DNA of 64,000 nt, taken from sequence record NC_010821.1. The stretch is one strand, 5' to 3'. Positions within the stretch are counted from its first letter, which is position 1. Every line of letters begins with the position of its first letter. Shown one piece after another: positions 9,395-18,713 of this stretch. The notes below the pieces were generated by a model, which made no database searches, was not told where the DNA came from, and saw nothing but the letters and a program-made list of their open reading frames with translations. The position numbers were made by a program, and so were the translations under genes.

Positions 9395-9976
9395 ATGACC
9401 GATATAATGGACACTCTGATTCAAGAAGCTGTAAATGGCGCACGTGATATCACAGTGGCCATTGGCGATCAAGAACTTCAATTTGAGGTTTGGTTTAATT
9501 ATTTCCTGAGTAAGGTGGGTGAACGTAACCTCTTTAACAAGGCCGTGATCTACGATGACCTAACCTTTAATATGGATGGGTACAGTCCAACCATGTTCCC
9601 TGTGGTCAATCAACTCATCAAAGGAATGTCTTATGTAGGGATGGATATCATCAAGCCATCTAAGACTGGACCGGTTCCAGAGGAACTGGCTGAAACATTT
9701 GGCTCGATGATTGCTGACGACCTCGAAGATCTTTACTGGGTATTGTTCACCATCGTTGAACACGGACATCCATTAAAAGGTGTACGGTATGCCACAGCTT
9801 ATCGTAACGGGGAATTGATTTACCCGCCAGTTGATCCGACCTTCACTGAATACTACCCTGATGAGCACGTGCATGAACAAGCCCGTGGTATTTTTATCGA
9901 TATCAAAGAACGGTTTCTCCGCACGACTCGTCCTGAACTTTTCAAAACTGACGCTAAAGGTGTATTGTTGCCATGA
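9395..9976 (+). CDS. hypothetical protein
   Basis: 193-aa ORF in operon tiling. Confidence 0.7.
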   Translation: MTDIMDTLIQEAVNGARDITVAIGDQELQFEVWFNYFLSKVGERNLFNKAVIYDDLTFNMDGYSPTMFPVVNQLIKGMSYVGMDIIKPSKTGPVPEELAETFGSMIADDLEDLYWVLFTIVEHGHPLKGVRYATAYRNGELIYPPVDPTFTEYYPDEHVHEQARGIFIDIKERFLRTTRPELFKTDAKGVLLP

Positions 9977-10590
9977 CCGATCAAGATCTGTTTGAAGAAA
10001 TTCTGCGCATTATTAGCCATCCTAATGTAGACGCGTCTAGCTTCAAAGGGCACCCACATGAAACAGCTGTTTTCGCCATGGGTGCTTTTTCTGCCGATCC
10101 CTACTATGATGGGAGTTCACCCATTAAATCGTGGAGTCGTGTACTACAACTTGGTAGGTTGATGCAATTATTCTACGATGCACCAGCGCCAGTCTCAATC
10201 GCTATGGCCTTGTGCACAATCGAAAGGTCTAAATATTGGCCAGGTGATTCACATAACAATGTGCTCGAGGGCTTCAAGCATGTAATGTCCGATTACGCTT
10301 ATCGCATCGTGGTTAATGCTATGAGCGGCATTGAATCAAATACTACGCGGACATACCACATGCTAAACCATATCCTTCAACTGGGTTTGTTGTATAGAGT
10401 CCTAAGTTCGGGAAACCAGTCGGTTGATCTGGAGTCAGTTCAGTATTCGCTCGGACGTGCCAACATTGGTTTGCAAAGCAGTGTTGCTGAAAGTGATGAT
10501 GCCCACCCGATGGCACGGGCAATGCTTGAACGTATCATCGAAGAGGTACAACGACTTATCCAACCAAAGGTACGGAGTGATGCTGCGTAA
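9973..10590 (+). CDS. hypothetical protein
   Basis: 205-aa ORF, ATGA overlap. Confidence 0.7.
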   Translation: MTDQDLFEEILRIISHPNVDASSFKGHPHETAVFAMGAFSADPYYDGSSPIKSWSRVLQLGRLMQLFYDAPAPVSIAMALCTIERSKYWPGDSHNNVLEGFKHVMSDYAYRIVVNAMSGIESNTTRTYHMLNHILQLGLLYRVLSSGNQSVDLESVQYSLGRANIGLQSSVAESDDAHPMARAMLERIIEEVQRLIQPKVRSDAA

Positions 10591-10921
10591 AACAATAACT
10601 GTACTCGGTTTCTTGACGTTAATTAGCTGTACGCCAAGTTATGCCAAAGCTGATGTGACACCCCTTACAGCAGAACACTGCAAGACAGTTAAGGTCATGG
10701 CTCGCCAGATCTTGATCGCCATGCAGCAAGGGGCAACACAGTATCAAGTCATGCAAGACCTTAACCATCGCTCAATGATGGATTTCGGAAAGGGTGGGGA
10801 GATAGTCAAGCTTTATCTGCAAGTGAATACATCGGCCTTTGCGCGGAATATCAAGAAGGGGTTCCGTGTAGGTCAGATCTTGCAGATTGTGGACAAGGAT
10901 TGTAATACACAAGTCGAATAA
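10580..10921 (+). CDS. exported protein with signal peptide / possible lipobox
   Basis: MLRKTITVLGFLTLISC-TPSYAKA; GGAG SD before ATG 10580. Confidence 0.6.
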   Translation: MLRKTITVLGFLTLISCTPSYAKADVTPLTAEHCKTVKVMARQILIAMQQGATQYQVMQDLNHRSMMDFGKGGEIVKLYLQVNTSAFARNIKKGFRVGQILQIVDKDCNTQVE

Positions 10922-10924
10922 TAA

Positions 10925-10952
10925 CCCTCCCCTAAGGGAGGGCTTTATTCCG
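10925..10952 (+). terminator. hairpin terminator
   Basis: CCCTCCC-CTAA-GGGAGGG-CTTTATTCCG. Confidence 0.75.
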
Positions 10953-10965
10953 TTAACACATTTTA

Positions 10966-10990
10966 TTTGAGATTTATATTACTAAAGTGT
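10966..10990 (+). promoter_or_regulatory. phiKZ-type early promoter (class B context)
   Basis: TTTGAGATT-TATATTAC(10975-10982)-TAAAGTG, directly after a terminator and before a gene. Confidence 0.7.
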
Positions 10991-11009
10991 AATAATTCAA
11001 AGGTGATCC

Positions 11010-11447
11010 ATGGAACATACAAGATTAGTCGTGGAGGGCCGATGGGTAAATCGAGGTTGCGTCGGGTTACCGAAATGGCAGCTGATGGTTCATCCCGTCG
11101 TCATTAAGTCTCAAATCAATAAAGGTTATGCCGGATGTATCGTACTAGGTGATATGGATTTACCTGACCTACCTATAGTAGACTCTCAATCACCAAAGAC
11201 AATTGATCTCACCCTGCACAACTTTGGGCAGTATAGTTGTAACGAAGGTTTTGAATGGCAGCTGTTGTTGACAACACCAGTACCGTTCATTAAAGACACA
11301 GCCTTCGAAGCACAACGTAAAAACGGTTATGTGTTTCTAGAAGACATTAAACCAAAAGATACTGAGGACGATCTCGATATGTGGATCTTTGAATCACTCA
11401 GTAGTTTGACCGGACCACGTACCATCTCATTCACAAAGGAAAGCTAA
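11010..11447 (+). CDS. hypothetical early protein
   Basis: first ORF after the TATATTAC box; AAGGTG SD. Confidence 0.75.
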   Translation: MEHTRLVVEGRWVNRGCVGLPKWQLMVHPVVIKSQINKGYAGCIVLGDMDLPDLPIVDSQSPKTIDLTLHNFGQYSCNEGFEWQLLLTTPVPFIKDTAFEAQRKNGYVFLEDIKPKDTEDDLDMWIFESLSSLTGPRTISFTKES

Positions 11448-11448
11448 C

Positions 11449-11805
11449 ATGACTATCTATTTCGAAGGTGACGGCAAATCCCGTCCAGTAACTATCTCCG
11501 AGTGCCGCGATCAATTCATCAGTACTTTGAAAGACGTACGTGATGAGATTCTGAACGATCCCACCTTGGAATCTTACGAGGATACTCCACAACGCGACCG
11601 TGTGATCGCTGACCGTGTGATCGGCGGCGTTCTGGGTGTGTTGGACGGTAACAGTGATACATTCCCAGCGGTAAACCTCATCACCTATATCGCTGACGGT
11701 GAAGTCGAAGAAGCCAAAGCCGCAGGTGCCAACTATCTCGACCACTCTGAGTTCGCCGACTTTGGTCAGGGTCTACAAGAGTATTGGAATCAGGTATCTA
11801 ACTAA
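11449..11805 (+). CDS. acidic early protein, C-terminal YW..VSN family
   Basis: ends LQEYWNQVSN*; internal DRVIGGVLGVL. Confidence 0.75.
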   Translation: MTIYFEGDGKSRPVTISECRDQFISTLKDVRDEILNDPTLESYEDTPQRDRVIADRVIGGVLGVLDGNSDTFPAVNLITYIADGEVEEAKAAGANYLDHSEFADFGQGLQEYWNQVSN

Positions 11806-12077
11806 TGGCCAGCCTAGAAGACGACGTTGTATCCCATATCGCCTGGAACCTTTATGGGATTCGCAATACCCTGATCAACGATGAACTCCATAAGCTGACA
11901 CCAGTGCAATTAGTAGACGCCGCTATTAGTCGTACTACAGCAGCTATTCAAGATAGTTTCGAGTTGAAAGCTAAGGGTGCATGTGAATCGAATGGCGACC
12001 CTCATTACTGTGTCGACATCTCGACCTATTATTGGGGTATTGTCAATGACCCTAATGTGGTGATGCATGAGAGCTGA
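11805..12077 (+). CDS. acidic early protein, same family
   Basis: ISTYYWGIVND near the C-terminus. Confidence 0.65.
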   Translation: MASLEDDVVSHIAWNLYGIRNTLINDELHKLTPVQLVDAAISRTTAAIQDSFELKAKGACESNGDPHYCVDISTYYWGIVNDPNVVMHES

Positions 12078-12291
12078 ATGGTGGGTGACTGAACGTAACA
12101 ATCTACAGCTTTCAATCTCTTACCAACAACCCAATGAAACCAGTTCCGGTACATCGGGCTGTAGTAGTGGATGGTGGTTACCTATAGAAGGTGGGATTGA
12201 AGCAACTGCCGAACGCATTCTGGCTATCGTAAAGAAAGACTGGAATTGGCGTGAAGTTAAAGATCTCGATTCGTGGAAGAAACTTTTATGA
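12067..12291 (+). CDS. hypothetical Trp-rich protein
   Basis: 74-aa ORF overlapping both neighbours. Confidence 0.55.
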   Translation: MRAEWWVTERNNLQLSISYQQPNETSSGTSGCSSGWWLPIEGGIEATAERILAIVKKDWNWREVKDLDSWKKLL

Positions 12292-12659
12292 AAACTGCAA
12301 TTGTTCCAAATGACCCAGGCCTTACCCGTCTGATGGAAGTGAACGCTGAGCTCTCAGTGGCACTTGAACAATACGAGAATCATTTCCGTGGTGAGGTGGT
12401 CCGACACCAGTTTGATGCCGTGTCCAGTTCACTGAAGGCCATTACTGATCGCTTGCCCAATCTCAGTGATCAAGAACTACGTATCATTGAGGCTGGTGTC
12501 GCTGATGCCGTTCATAACGCCAGTGAATATACCGTAGAAATGATCGGGCTACACGAGCGTACTCTTGGACTGACTTCCGAAACGGCTCCTGCCGAAATCG
12601 CTAAATCGGCCAATACCATTTTCGGCCAACGAATCGCTAAATATTGGGACGATGTATAA
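12288..12659 (+). CDS. acidic early protein, same family
   Basis: ends GQRIAKYWDDV*. Confidence 0.7.
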   Translation: MKTAIVPNDPGLTRLMEVNAELSVALEQYENHFRGEVVRHQFDAVSSSLKAITDRLPNLSDQELRIIEAGVADAVHNASEYTVEMIGLHERTLGLTSETAPAEIAKSANTIFGQRIAKYWDDV

Positions 12660-13258
12660 TGTCAGAAAAAGGATATATCGTCGCCGTCACACCTTACGTT
12701 AAGCAGAGTCAGAAATATATGAAGAAGCCAGAAATGACTTACGAGTTTATTAGCCATACTGATCGTAAGCGCTATATCCAATTTGCTCACCAAGCATGGC
12801 TACTGGGTTTGCATGAAGATGGTTATCTGCAAAGCCATCTCCGTACGATTTGGAATTGGGGCGATAACTACTTTAGCCAAAACTACACAATCGACTATGA
12901 TTTCGTAGTAGTACGTGCTGACGGCGCGATCGTGGGTATCATCCTTCACGAACATCGTAACTCGACTATTGACACTTACGTGATCCCTAGTTGGCGCCGA
13001 CGTGGTGTCGCTAGCGGTATGGTTAATGCACTGCGTGGATTCGTTGGCGATAGTAAAGTGCTATGTGGCTGGCGCGGTAAGACAGGTCAAGGTTGGGAAC
13101 GTTACTATGAACGTAACTTCATTCTCTATATGGACCAACCCGTCCCACGCGAGATTCTCGATAAGCACTTGACTAAATCTGACGCAGAAACCGCTTTCTT
13201 CAAATCCCTTAAACTGAAAATGTCTGCCGCTTATCGGAAACATAAATCAGGTAAATAA
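12659..13258 (+). CDS. GNAT-family acetyltransferase
   Basis: IDTYVIPSWRRRGVASGMV (acetyl-CoA motif A, R/QxxGxG/A). Confidence 0.8.
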   Translation: MSEKGYIVAVTPYVKQSQKYMKKPEMTYEFISHTDRKRYIQFAHQAWLLGLHEDGYLQSHLRTIWNWGDNYFSQNYTIDYDFVVVRADGAIVGIILHEHRNSTIDTYVIPSWRRRGVASGMVNALRGFVGDSKVLCGWRGKTGQGWERYYERNFILYMDQPVPREILDKHLTKSDAETAFFKSLKLKMSAAYRKHKSGK

Positions 13259-13259
13259 C

Positions 13260-13805
13260 ATGATTAACGTGACGCACGTAAAACGCTCTGACCATGACCA
13301 CTTCATTCGCGTAAACCAAACATTGTTGAAAGGGCGCTACTTCGAACCAAGTGGCCTGCTAAAATTCAGATTAGCTCACACCATCGCCGGTGAAGGATGG
13401 GCATATGGCGAAGACTTTGATTTGTTCCTAGCCTACGCAGAAGGTCGATTAGCAGGCTACTGTGTTTACCTACCTAAAACTAATGGCGTTGAGTTTTACG
13501 TGGTGCCACGTTACAGACGACAAGGTGTAGCATCCGCTTTGGTAAAAGCTGTGCGTAAGCTCACTGGCTATACAGTACTATGCGCTAAGCCTGGATTTCA
13601 GGGCAGTGAAGAGTTCTTTAGACAGGCCCATATCTTTGTAGAAAACGATGATCGCGTTTATGCCACCTTGCGTGAACTAGGTGGTGATAATTACGCCTTG
13701 CTTCCACCCGATGAGTTCGTTAAACTCTATCACCGCGCAAACGCAACTCTTAAAATGCAACTACACCACGCTTTGAGAAAACAAAATGCAACTGCACTGG
13801 GCTGA
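13260..13805 (+). CDS. GNAT-family acetyltransferase (tandem paralog)
   Basis: VEFYVVPRYRRQGVASALVKAV. Confidence 0.8.
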   Translation: MINVTHVKRSDHDHFIRVNQTLLKGRYFEPSGLLKFRLAHTIAGEGWAYGEDFDLFLAYAEGRLAGYCVYLPKTNGVEFYVVPRYRRQGVASALVKAVRKLTGYTVLCAKPGFQGSEEFFRQAHIFVENDDRVYATLRELGGDNYALLPPDEFVKLYHRANATLKMQLHHALRKQNATALG

Positions 13806-14016
13806 ACTATTTATACTGGGTATGTGGACTTTAGCGGGAGGCTTTACATTCATCGGTGAGTTATTTAAAATACCGGTGATGCAATGTCAAAGCCTTTTTG
13901 GAGTTACCTCACGATGGGGTAAGTTCAGTATCGGTTTAGCTTTACTGGCATTCGTAATAATGCGAACCACTCAATGGCTGACGTCTGAAAACCCAACAAT
14001 CAACTGGCAGATGTAA
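13786..14016 (+). CDS. small membrane protein
   Basis: two hydrophobic segments. Confidence 0.55.
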   Translation: MQLHWAELFILGMWTLAGGFTFIGELFKIPVMQCQSLFGVTSRWGKFSIGLALLAFVIMRTTQWLTSENPTINWQM

Positions 14017-14043
14017 TAATTCTTTAACTTAGAGGATTCACAA

Positions 14044-14322
14044 ATGAGCGTAGACAATTTCATTGGTGCAGTAAAAGTAAAACGTGACGAAGCTGTAGAA
14101 CACTTCCTGTCGGAAGACTTCCACCAGGCTATGGCGAATGGCGTAGAAGAACCTGAAGCCGTAGTACGTAAAGGTATTGATCAACTAGTTGGCGGTATTC
14201 TGGATGTCATCTCTGAGCAGTATGAAGATATCGTAACTGCCGAAGATTCTGAAGGTGAGTCGGTTAGCGTAACCGTCGCAAGTGACCTCTCAACTCTGTA
14301 CTTTGAAGAGGTATCGAACTAA
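14044..14322 (+). CDS. acidic early protein, YW..VSN family
   Basis: DQLVGGILDVI; ends LSTLYFEEVSN*. Confidence 0.75.
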   Translation: MSVDNFIGAVKVKRDEAVEHFLSEDFHQAMANGVEEPEAVVRKGIDQLVGGILDVISEQYEDIVTAEDSEGESVSVTVASDLSTLYFEEVSN

Positions 14323-14636
14323 TGTCTGAAGCTAATGCAGTGGAACAAGAAGAAACATACGCAACTGGTACTCAGGTTGTATTGGCTGAATTGAATAAAC
14401 TCCCTGAAAAGATTCTGGGTTACGCTATTCTGGACAATGCTGCTCCAGATGTAAAACTCATTCAGGAAGCCATACGTCGAACGCTGGGTATCGTTGAAAC
14501 CCATATGGATCTTAGCTATCCAGATTCTGACCTCGTACCACAAGGCGAAGGTCCTGACGTTCAACTGACTAAGGTTGAAGTTCATGTGCCAGTAACTGAC
14601 CTCGCTACCAAGTACTGGGATATGGTGAACGGCTAA
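14322..14636 (+). CDS. acidic early protein, same family
   Basis: ends LATKYWDMVNG*. Confidence 0.75.
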   Translation: MSEANAVEQEETYATGTQVVLAELNKLPEKILGYAILDNAAPDVKLIQEAIRRTLGIVETHMDLSYPDSDLVPQGEGPDVQLTKVEVHVPVTDLATKYWDMVNG

Positions 14637-15112
14637 TGACTACTGAACGTAAGCCAGCCCCGGAGATCACAGATCCATGGCTGCGTGAACATGCAGCCTC
14701 GATTAGTGAAGGGGCTCAAATGCTATTCGATCAAAGGGCTCTGAGTGCCGCTGCACAAGGTGCTAAGTCCATGATCAATAGTTGGGTAGGTGAAGCCATC
14801 CAAACAGCTGTATCGGCCGCTCTGACAATGGAACGACCTAAACCTGATCCCGAGGCTAAAGCGATTCTCGACGGTTCGGTATGTGCGATCACTATTGGTC
14901 AATGCGAAGAACTGTTGTTGCAGATTGATGACGATAAAGCCCGCGCTGCCGTTCACTCAACGGTAGAGCATGTATTGGAAGTCATCAATGACCAGTTCTA
15001 TCTGACCCCGAAAGTGCAGGCTAGTGTCGACGGTACCCTGACAACTCGTCCCGCTCCAGTAGACTCGATAGATGCTAATCTGGCATTGCTCTGGGAAGCA
15101 GTTTCTAACTAA
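14636..15112 (+). CDS. acidic early protein, same family
   Basis: ends NLALLWEAVSN*. Confidence 0.75.
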   Translation: MTTERKPAPEITDPWLREHAASISEGAQMLFDQRALSAAAQGAKSMINSWVGEAIQTAVSAALTMERPKPDPEAKAILDGSVCAITIGQCEELLLQIDDDKARAAVHSTVEHVLEVINDQFYLTPKVQASVDGTLTTRPAPVDSIDANLALLWEAVSN

Positions 15113-15133
15113 GTTCTTAATAAAGGTATAGTC

Positions 15134-15490
15134 ATGCAAACTCGTAAATACAAAATCGGTCAATACGTTTCCGCGACAACTCAACTGATCAATGATAAGA
15201 CTGGTGAAGTCTATTTGAATCCGGGTGAGTTGGCCCGCATCATGGTTATCGATCCGGCGTTGCATGAAGGTCGCCCATACGGACTGCGTAAAGAAGGTAA
15301 TGCTGAACTCGGTATTCAGGCTGAGCATATTACCAAGAACTACTTTGCCGAAGACCAATTGTGTGCAAGTCCACAACACCCAGCTAAGGCGGATATCTGG
15401 ACTGAAAAGCCAGAGCAGTACTTCAGTCATCCATCGCATCCGCGTCACAATGAACTGAAGGCTCAGGGCTTCCGCTACACCCCACAGTAA
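15134..15490 (+). CDS. hypothetical protein (SH3/KOW-like N-terminus)
   Basis: KYKIGQYV...GELARIMVID pattern. Confidence 0.65.
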   Translation: MQTRKYKIGQYVSATTQLINDKTGEVYLNPGELARIMVIDPALHEGRPYGLRKEGNAELGIQAEHITKNYFAEDQLCASPQHPAKADIWTEKPEQYFSHPSHPRHNELKAQGFRYTPQ

Positions 15491-15502
15491 GTTGAGGTTG
15501 TC

Positions 15503-15703
15503 ATGGCTGAGCCTACGTCGGTAAAGAATGTTTATGCTGCCCAAGATAGACCCACACACGGACAAAGAGTCATATACTACTTCGAGCCGTTTGAGCAGTG
15601 GTATGTCGGAGTCTATGATGCCGATAAAGATTCTGTTTTTGGTAAATCAGGTTTCACCAGTTGGTTACCAGAAGTAACTAAATGGATGGACGGAGTTAAT
15701 TAA
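15503..15703 (+). CDS. small phage protein, DUF551-like
   Basis: DRPTHGQRVIYY...WYVGVY...VTKWM. Confidence 0.5.
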   Translation: MAEPTSVKNVYAAQDRPTHGQRVIYYFEPFEQWYVGVYDADKDSVFGKSGFTSWLPEVTKWMDGVN

Positions 15704-15765
15704 ATGCCCATTTACGTACAGGTACATCCGCGAACTTTAAAGTAAACCTGCGGAGGTAATGTACC

Positions 15766-15936
15766 ATGTCCAAATCGCGTCGCACTTGCTATTTCATCAA
15801 CACGAAAGAATTCTGGTCCCCACGACCTTACCGTTTCTTCTGTTCCAATAAGGAGAACAAAGTACTCTGTCACAAAGCAGAACGTCGGGTGGTTAAGAAA
15901 GACATCATCGGTTGGGAATTGCAACAGTTGTATTAA
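15766..15936 (+). CDS. small basic protein (56 aa, not in ORF track)
   Basis: GGAGG SD; MSKSRRTCYFINTKEFWSPRPYRFF...QQLY*. Confidence 0.6.
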   Translation: MSKSRRTCYFINTKEFWSPRPYRFFCSNKENKVLCHKAERRVVKKDIIGWELQQLY

Positions 15937-15945
15937 AGTAATATC

Positions 15946-15971
15946 GCCCTCCTTCTGGAGGGCTTCTATTC
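15946..15971 (+). terminator. hairpin terminator
   Basis: GCCCTCC-TTCT-GGAGGGC-TTCTATTC. Confidence 0.65.
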
Positions 15972-15987
15972 TTATAAGAGGCTTAAG

Positions 15988-16470
15988 ATGGATTGGAGAG
16001 TATACGCATCACTGGGACTCGTATTTCTTATTCTGTACATGCTGGTAGTGCCACCTAAAGCCGCACGTGAGAAACTCGTAGTGCAAGCTAAGCGTAAAAA
16101 GCGTAACGCAGAGAATGGTATCGTAGAGCCAAAGACCTATACCAGTATTAAGATCACAGGTATCACAGCTCGTCGGGGTGATTCAACCGTATACCTTACT
16201 GCACTCGGTGGCAATGATACGATCACCTTTGAGGGTATCGCTAAGGGTAACTATTCAGAGACGGCTTATGTTCTGATTGACGGTCAAGGTCAAATGAAAC
16301 AACATCCAACCGAGGTATTGGTACAGAATGAATACCGTAAAGGTGACTGGGGTATTCTGGCTGTAACGATGTCACCAGGTAACGTAACTCAACGCAGTAT
16401 CGTACCTGGAGTAATCCATGAATCCAACGCATTTAAGATCGAACTTAGTATGCATGTTAATCCTAAATAG
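15988..16470 (+). CDS. N-terminally membrane-anchored protein
   Basis: VYASLGLVFLILYMLVV TM segment followed by a basic stretch. Confidence 0.7.
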   Translation: MDWRVYASLGLVFLILYMLVVPPKAAREKLVVQAKRKKRNAENGIVEPKTYTSIKITGITARRGDSTVYLTALGGNDTITFEGIAKGNYSETAYVLIDGQGQMKQHPTEVLVQNEYRKGDWGILAVTMSPGNVTQRSIVPGVIHESNAFKIELSMHVNPK

Positions 16471-16515
16471 TATAGGTTTGCAATTTCGCAATCCGTTCTA
16501 GAAAGGATTAAACTA

Positions 16516-16869
16516 ATGGCTATTCCAAGTTTGGCCGACATCAAGGCCACAGTAAGTGCCGCTGAGATCGCTCCGTATGAAGCAGATATCACAGCACATC
16601 TGGAAACAGCGGGTACTGTTGAGTATCTGGAAACTGCTCCGGCTGCAATGATTGTTCGTACCTACCCTGGTAAAGTAATTACCCCTCAAGGTATTGAAGC
16701 ATTGAAAGCTGCTCTGACTGCTGCCGGTTGGCTTACCCCTACCGTAGTTAACGGTCACGAGATCCCTGCTAGTGGTATTGGTGTTAACACCCAGCAACCA
16801 CGTCCACAGGTAACCGTAACATTTAAGCCGCCAGCGGCTACCCCACCAGAACCAGATACCGGTGGTTGA
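16516..16869 (+). CDS. hypothetical protein (Ala/Thr/Pro-rich, possibly virion)
   Basis: 117-aa ORF, AAGGA SD. Confidence 0.7.
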   Translation: MAIPSLADIKATVSAAEIAPYEADITAHLETAGTVEYLETAPAAMIVRTYPGKVITPQGIEALKAALTAAGWLTPTVVNGHEIPASGIGVNTQQPRPQVTVTFKPPAATPPEPDTGG

Positions 16870-16878
16870 TTTTAAATG

Positions 16879-16934
16879 GTCCTACCTTCGGGTAGGACTT
16901 TATACCGTCATAAAGCCAGTCCTTCGGGACTGGC
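16879..16934. terminator. back-to-back terminators at a convergent junction
   Basis: GTCCTACC-TTCG-GGTAGGAC-TTTATACCG (+) and GCCAGTCC-TTCG-GGACTGGC with TTTATGACG tail on (-). Confidence 0.75.
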
Positions 16935-16951
16935 AATTATGCTTTTCTTTT

Positions 16952-17185
16952 TTACAGATCTTTGAACCCTTTAGGACCAGCAAGTGTAGAAGTGGTCGTG
17001 TAGGTTTCTTTAGACGGTTTAGCCTTAGACTTCTCTACATGCTCAGGTAGTTTCTTTTTACTACCCTTGTCTTTCTCATTAAACTCTTTTGCAACTTTAG
17101 GATCGATTCCTACTTTCTTAGCGAACTTAGGATCATGGCTAGCTGCGGCCATCAGCCGCTTTTGCGCTTCAGATTTTGATGGCAT
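16952..17185 (-). CDS. small Lys-rich phage protein (MPSKSEAQ... type)
   Basis: MPSKSEAQKRLMAAASHDPKFAKKVGI, an N-terminus I recognise from small phage proteins; GGAG SD. Confidence 0.7.
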   Translation of the reverse strand: MPSKSEAQKRLMAAASHDPKFAKKVGIDPKVAKEFNEKDKGSKKKLPEHVEKSKAKPSKETYTTTSTLAGPKGFKDL

Positions 17186-17223
17186 GATTATGCTCCAAGT
17201 GAGTTGGTGGTACATAGGATATA

Positions 17224-17264
17224 TTAGAAGCCTTTTAAAGAGTATATTACAATAGTGAATTAAA
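17224..17264 (+). promoter_or_regulatory. phiKZ-type early promoter (class A)
   Basis: TTAGAAGCCTTTTAAAGAG-TATATTAC(17243-17250)-AATAGTGAATTAAA. Confidence 0.8.
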
Positions 17265-17286
17265 TACTTTCCCTAGGAGTAATACC

Positions 17287-17598
17287 ATGCGTAGCTCGGA
17301 TGAGTTCAAACATTTTCACCGCCTCATTCACGCTGTAGATGTATTGGATGCAATCAAAAACGAAGTCATGGTCTGGGTCGACGAACACGGGCGGTTCCAG
17401 GTTGATTTCAGTATCCTCGGTAAGCCAGCTAGGGCTCGGATGCGTCTGGAAGAATGCGATGAGTGCAGTATTGACCTGTATGATGAACTGGGTCAGATCG
17501 ACGGCAAACTGATTGTTGATTGCGACACGGCCGAGGAGTACACTAAGCTCGCGGAACGTATGATCAGTTACCTGCATCTCCCACGCGATACCTTTTAA
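17287..17598 (+). CDS. hypothetical early protein
   Basis: AGGAG SD; first ORF after the promoter. Confidence 0.75.
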   Translation: MRSSDEFKHFHRLIHAVDVLDAIKNEVMVWVDEHGRFQVDFSILGKPARARMRLEECDECSIDLYDELGQIDGKLIVDCDTAEEYTKLAERMISYLHLPRDTF

Positions 17599-17613
17599 CC
17601 CAAGGAACTTCTG

Positions 17614-17964
17614 ATGTTCAATATCGAAAACCGTGAGCAGGTCACAGATTCAGTTATTGCAGATGTATTGGAATACGCGCTGGTGGTCGGAGCGTACGAC
17701 CCACTTATGGGACGTAAGTTCATGTGTAGTGCACTGTCTCAGCTTTGGTGTGACAACGTGATTAGCAGTACTGTTAGACTCGCCTGTGTGAAAGTTGTTC
17801 TTTCCGCCATCCAAGGCGATATCACCGTTGCCACATACCTGTTAAAAAACAATATGATTGACTATAACACTTTTGCATGTAAGGTTAGTCGTCATATGGA
17901 AACCTGCCGTCACTACTGGCGACTGATTCGTAAACTACGGGGTCAACCGGCCTTGGAGATCTAA
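17614..17964 (+). CDS. hypothetical protein
   Basis: 116-aa ORF, AAGGA SD. Confidence 0.7.
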   Translation: MFNIENREQVTDSVIADVLEYALVVGAYDPLMGRKFMCSALSQLWCDNVISSTVRLACVKVVLSAIQGDITVATYLLKNNMIDYNTFACKVSRHMETCRHYWRLIRKLRGQPALEI

Positions 17965-17965
17965 C

Positions 17966-18304
17966 ATGTTAGAAGTCTATAATGCGTGGCTGGCGCTCCC
18001 ATGGGGCGCCAAGCTTTTGTGTACCGCCCCAATCATTGCGTTACCATTGATCTACTGTACTCACCCCAAACGAATGGGGATGGCGTGGTCACATGCTTGG
18101 ACTCAACAAATCAACAAGGAGATATCCGCTACCCGCAAGCAGCATAAAGGAGCAGTACGTAAAGCGGAAATGGTTGAAACGTTTTATCGGGTAAAAGCAA
18201 AGCTTGCATTGGAAACAGGGGAGTTTGACTGCTACCCTGATATGACACCGGAACAACGCTACGTCTGGAATTATTTCCTAGAGCGTATACGCCCCCAACT
18301 TTAA
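17966..18304 (+). CDS. hypothetical protein with N-terminal TM
   Basis: 112-aa ORF, GGAG SD. Confidence 0.65.
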   Translation: MLEVYNAWLALPWGAKLLCTAPIIALPLIYCTHPKRMGMAWSHAWTQQINKEISATRKQHKGAVRKAEMVETFYRVKAKLALETGEFDCYPDMTPEQRYVWNYFLERIRPQL

Positions 18305-18314
18305 GGAACTGTCG

Positions 18315-18527
18315 ATGCGTCGTGAAATCCGCGTCAACCCATACAAGTTCAATTATGGTGATGGTAAAGGTTCTCTGACCATCCTCATGGATATCGCAAA
18401 GGAAGTGGAGTGTGATGTCGACTATGGTAGTTGGAATAGTTGCGTTACCTACATGCCCGAAGATGATGTCCAGTTCAACAAAGTTACTGAGTTGTTGGAC
18501 GCATTCGAATTCGAATACCGTAGTTGA
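18315..18527 (+). CDS. hypothetical protein
   Basis: 70-aa ORF, AAGGA SD. Confidence 0.65.
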   Translation: MRREIRVNPYKFNYGDGKGSLTILMDIAKEVECDVDYGSWNSCVTYMPEDDVQFNKVTELLDAFEFEYRS

Positions 18528-18532
18528 TGTAA

Positions 18533-18572
18533 TAGAAGCCTTTTAAACGCTATATTACATTTGTGAATTCAA
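18533..18572 (+). promoter_or_regulatory. phiKZ-type early promoter (class A)
   Basis: TAGAAGCCTTTTAAACGC-TATATTAC(18551-18558)-ATTTGTGAATT. Confidence 0.8.
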
Positions 18573-18594
18573 TATTAACCCAAGGAGCATTACC

Positions 18595-18705
18595 ATGGAA
18601 ATTAAAGATGTTGTTAAACAAATTGATACAGTCGTAGCCATCGGCGTTGGCGCCATCGCTACACTGGTTGTACTCACCGCAATCGTTCTTCCAAGCAAGC
18701 GCTAA
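18595..18705 (+). CDS. early single-TM micro-protein (36 aa)
   Basis: AAGGAG SD; MEIKDVVKQIDTVVAIGVGAIATLVVLTAIVLPSKR*. Confidence 0.6.
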   Translation: MEIKDVVKQIDTVVAIGVGAIATLVVLTAIVLPSKR

Positions 18706-18713
18706 GGTCCCCC

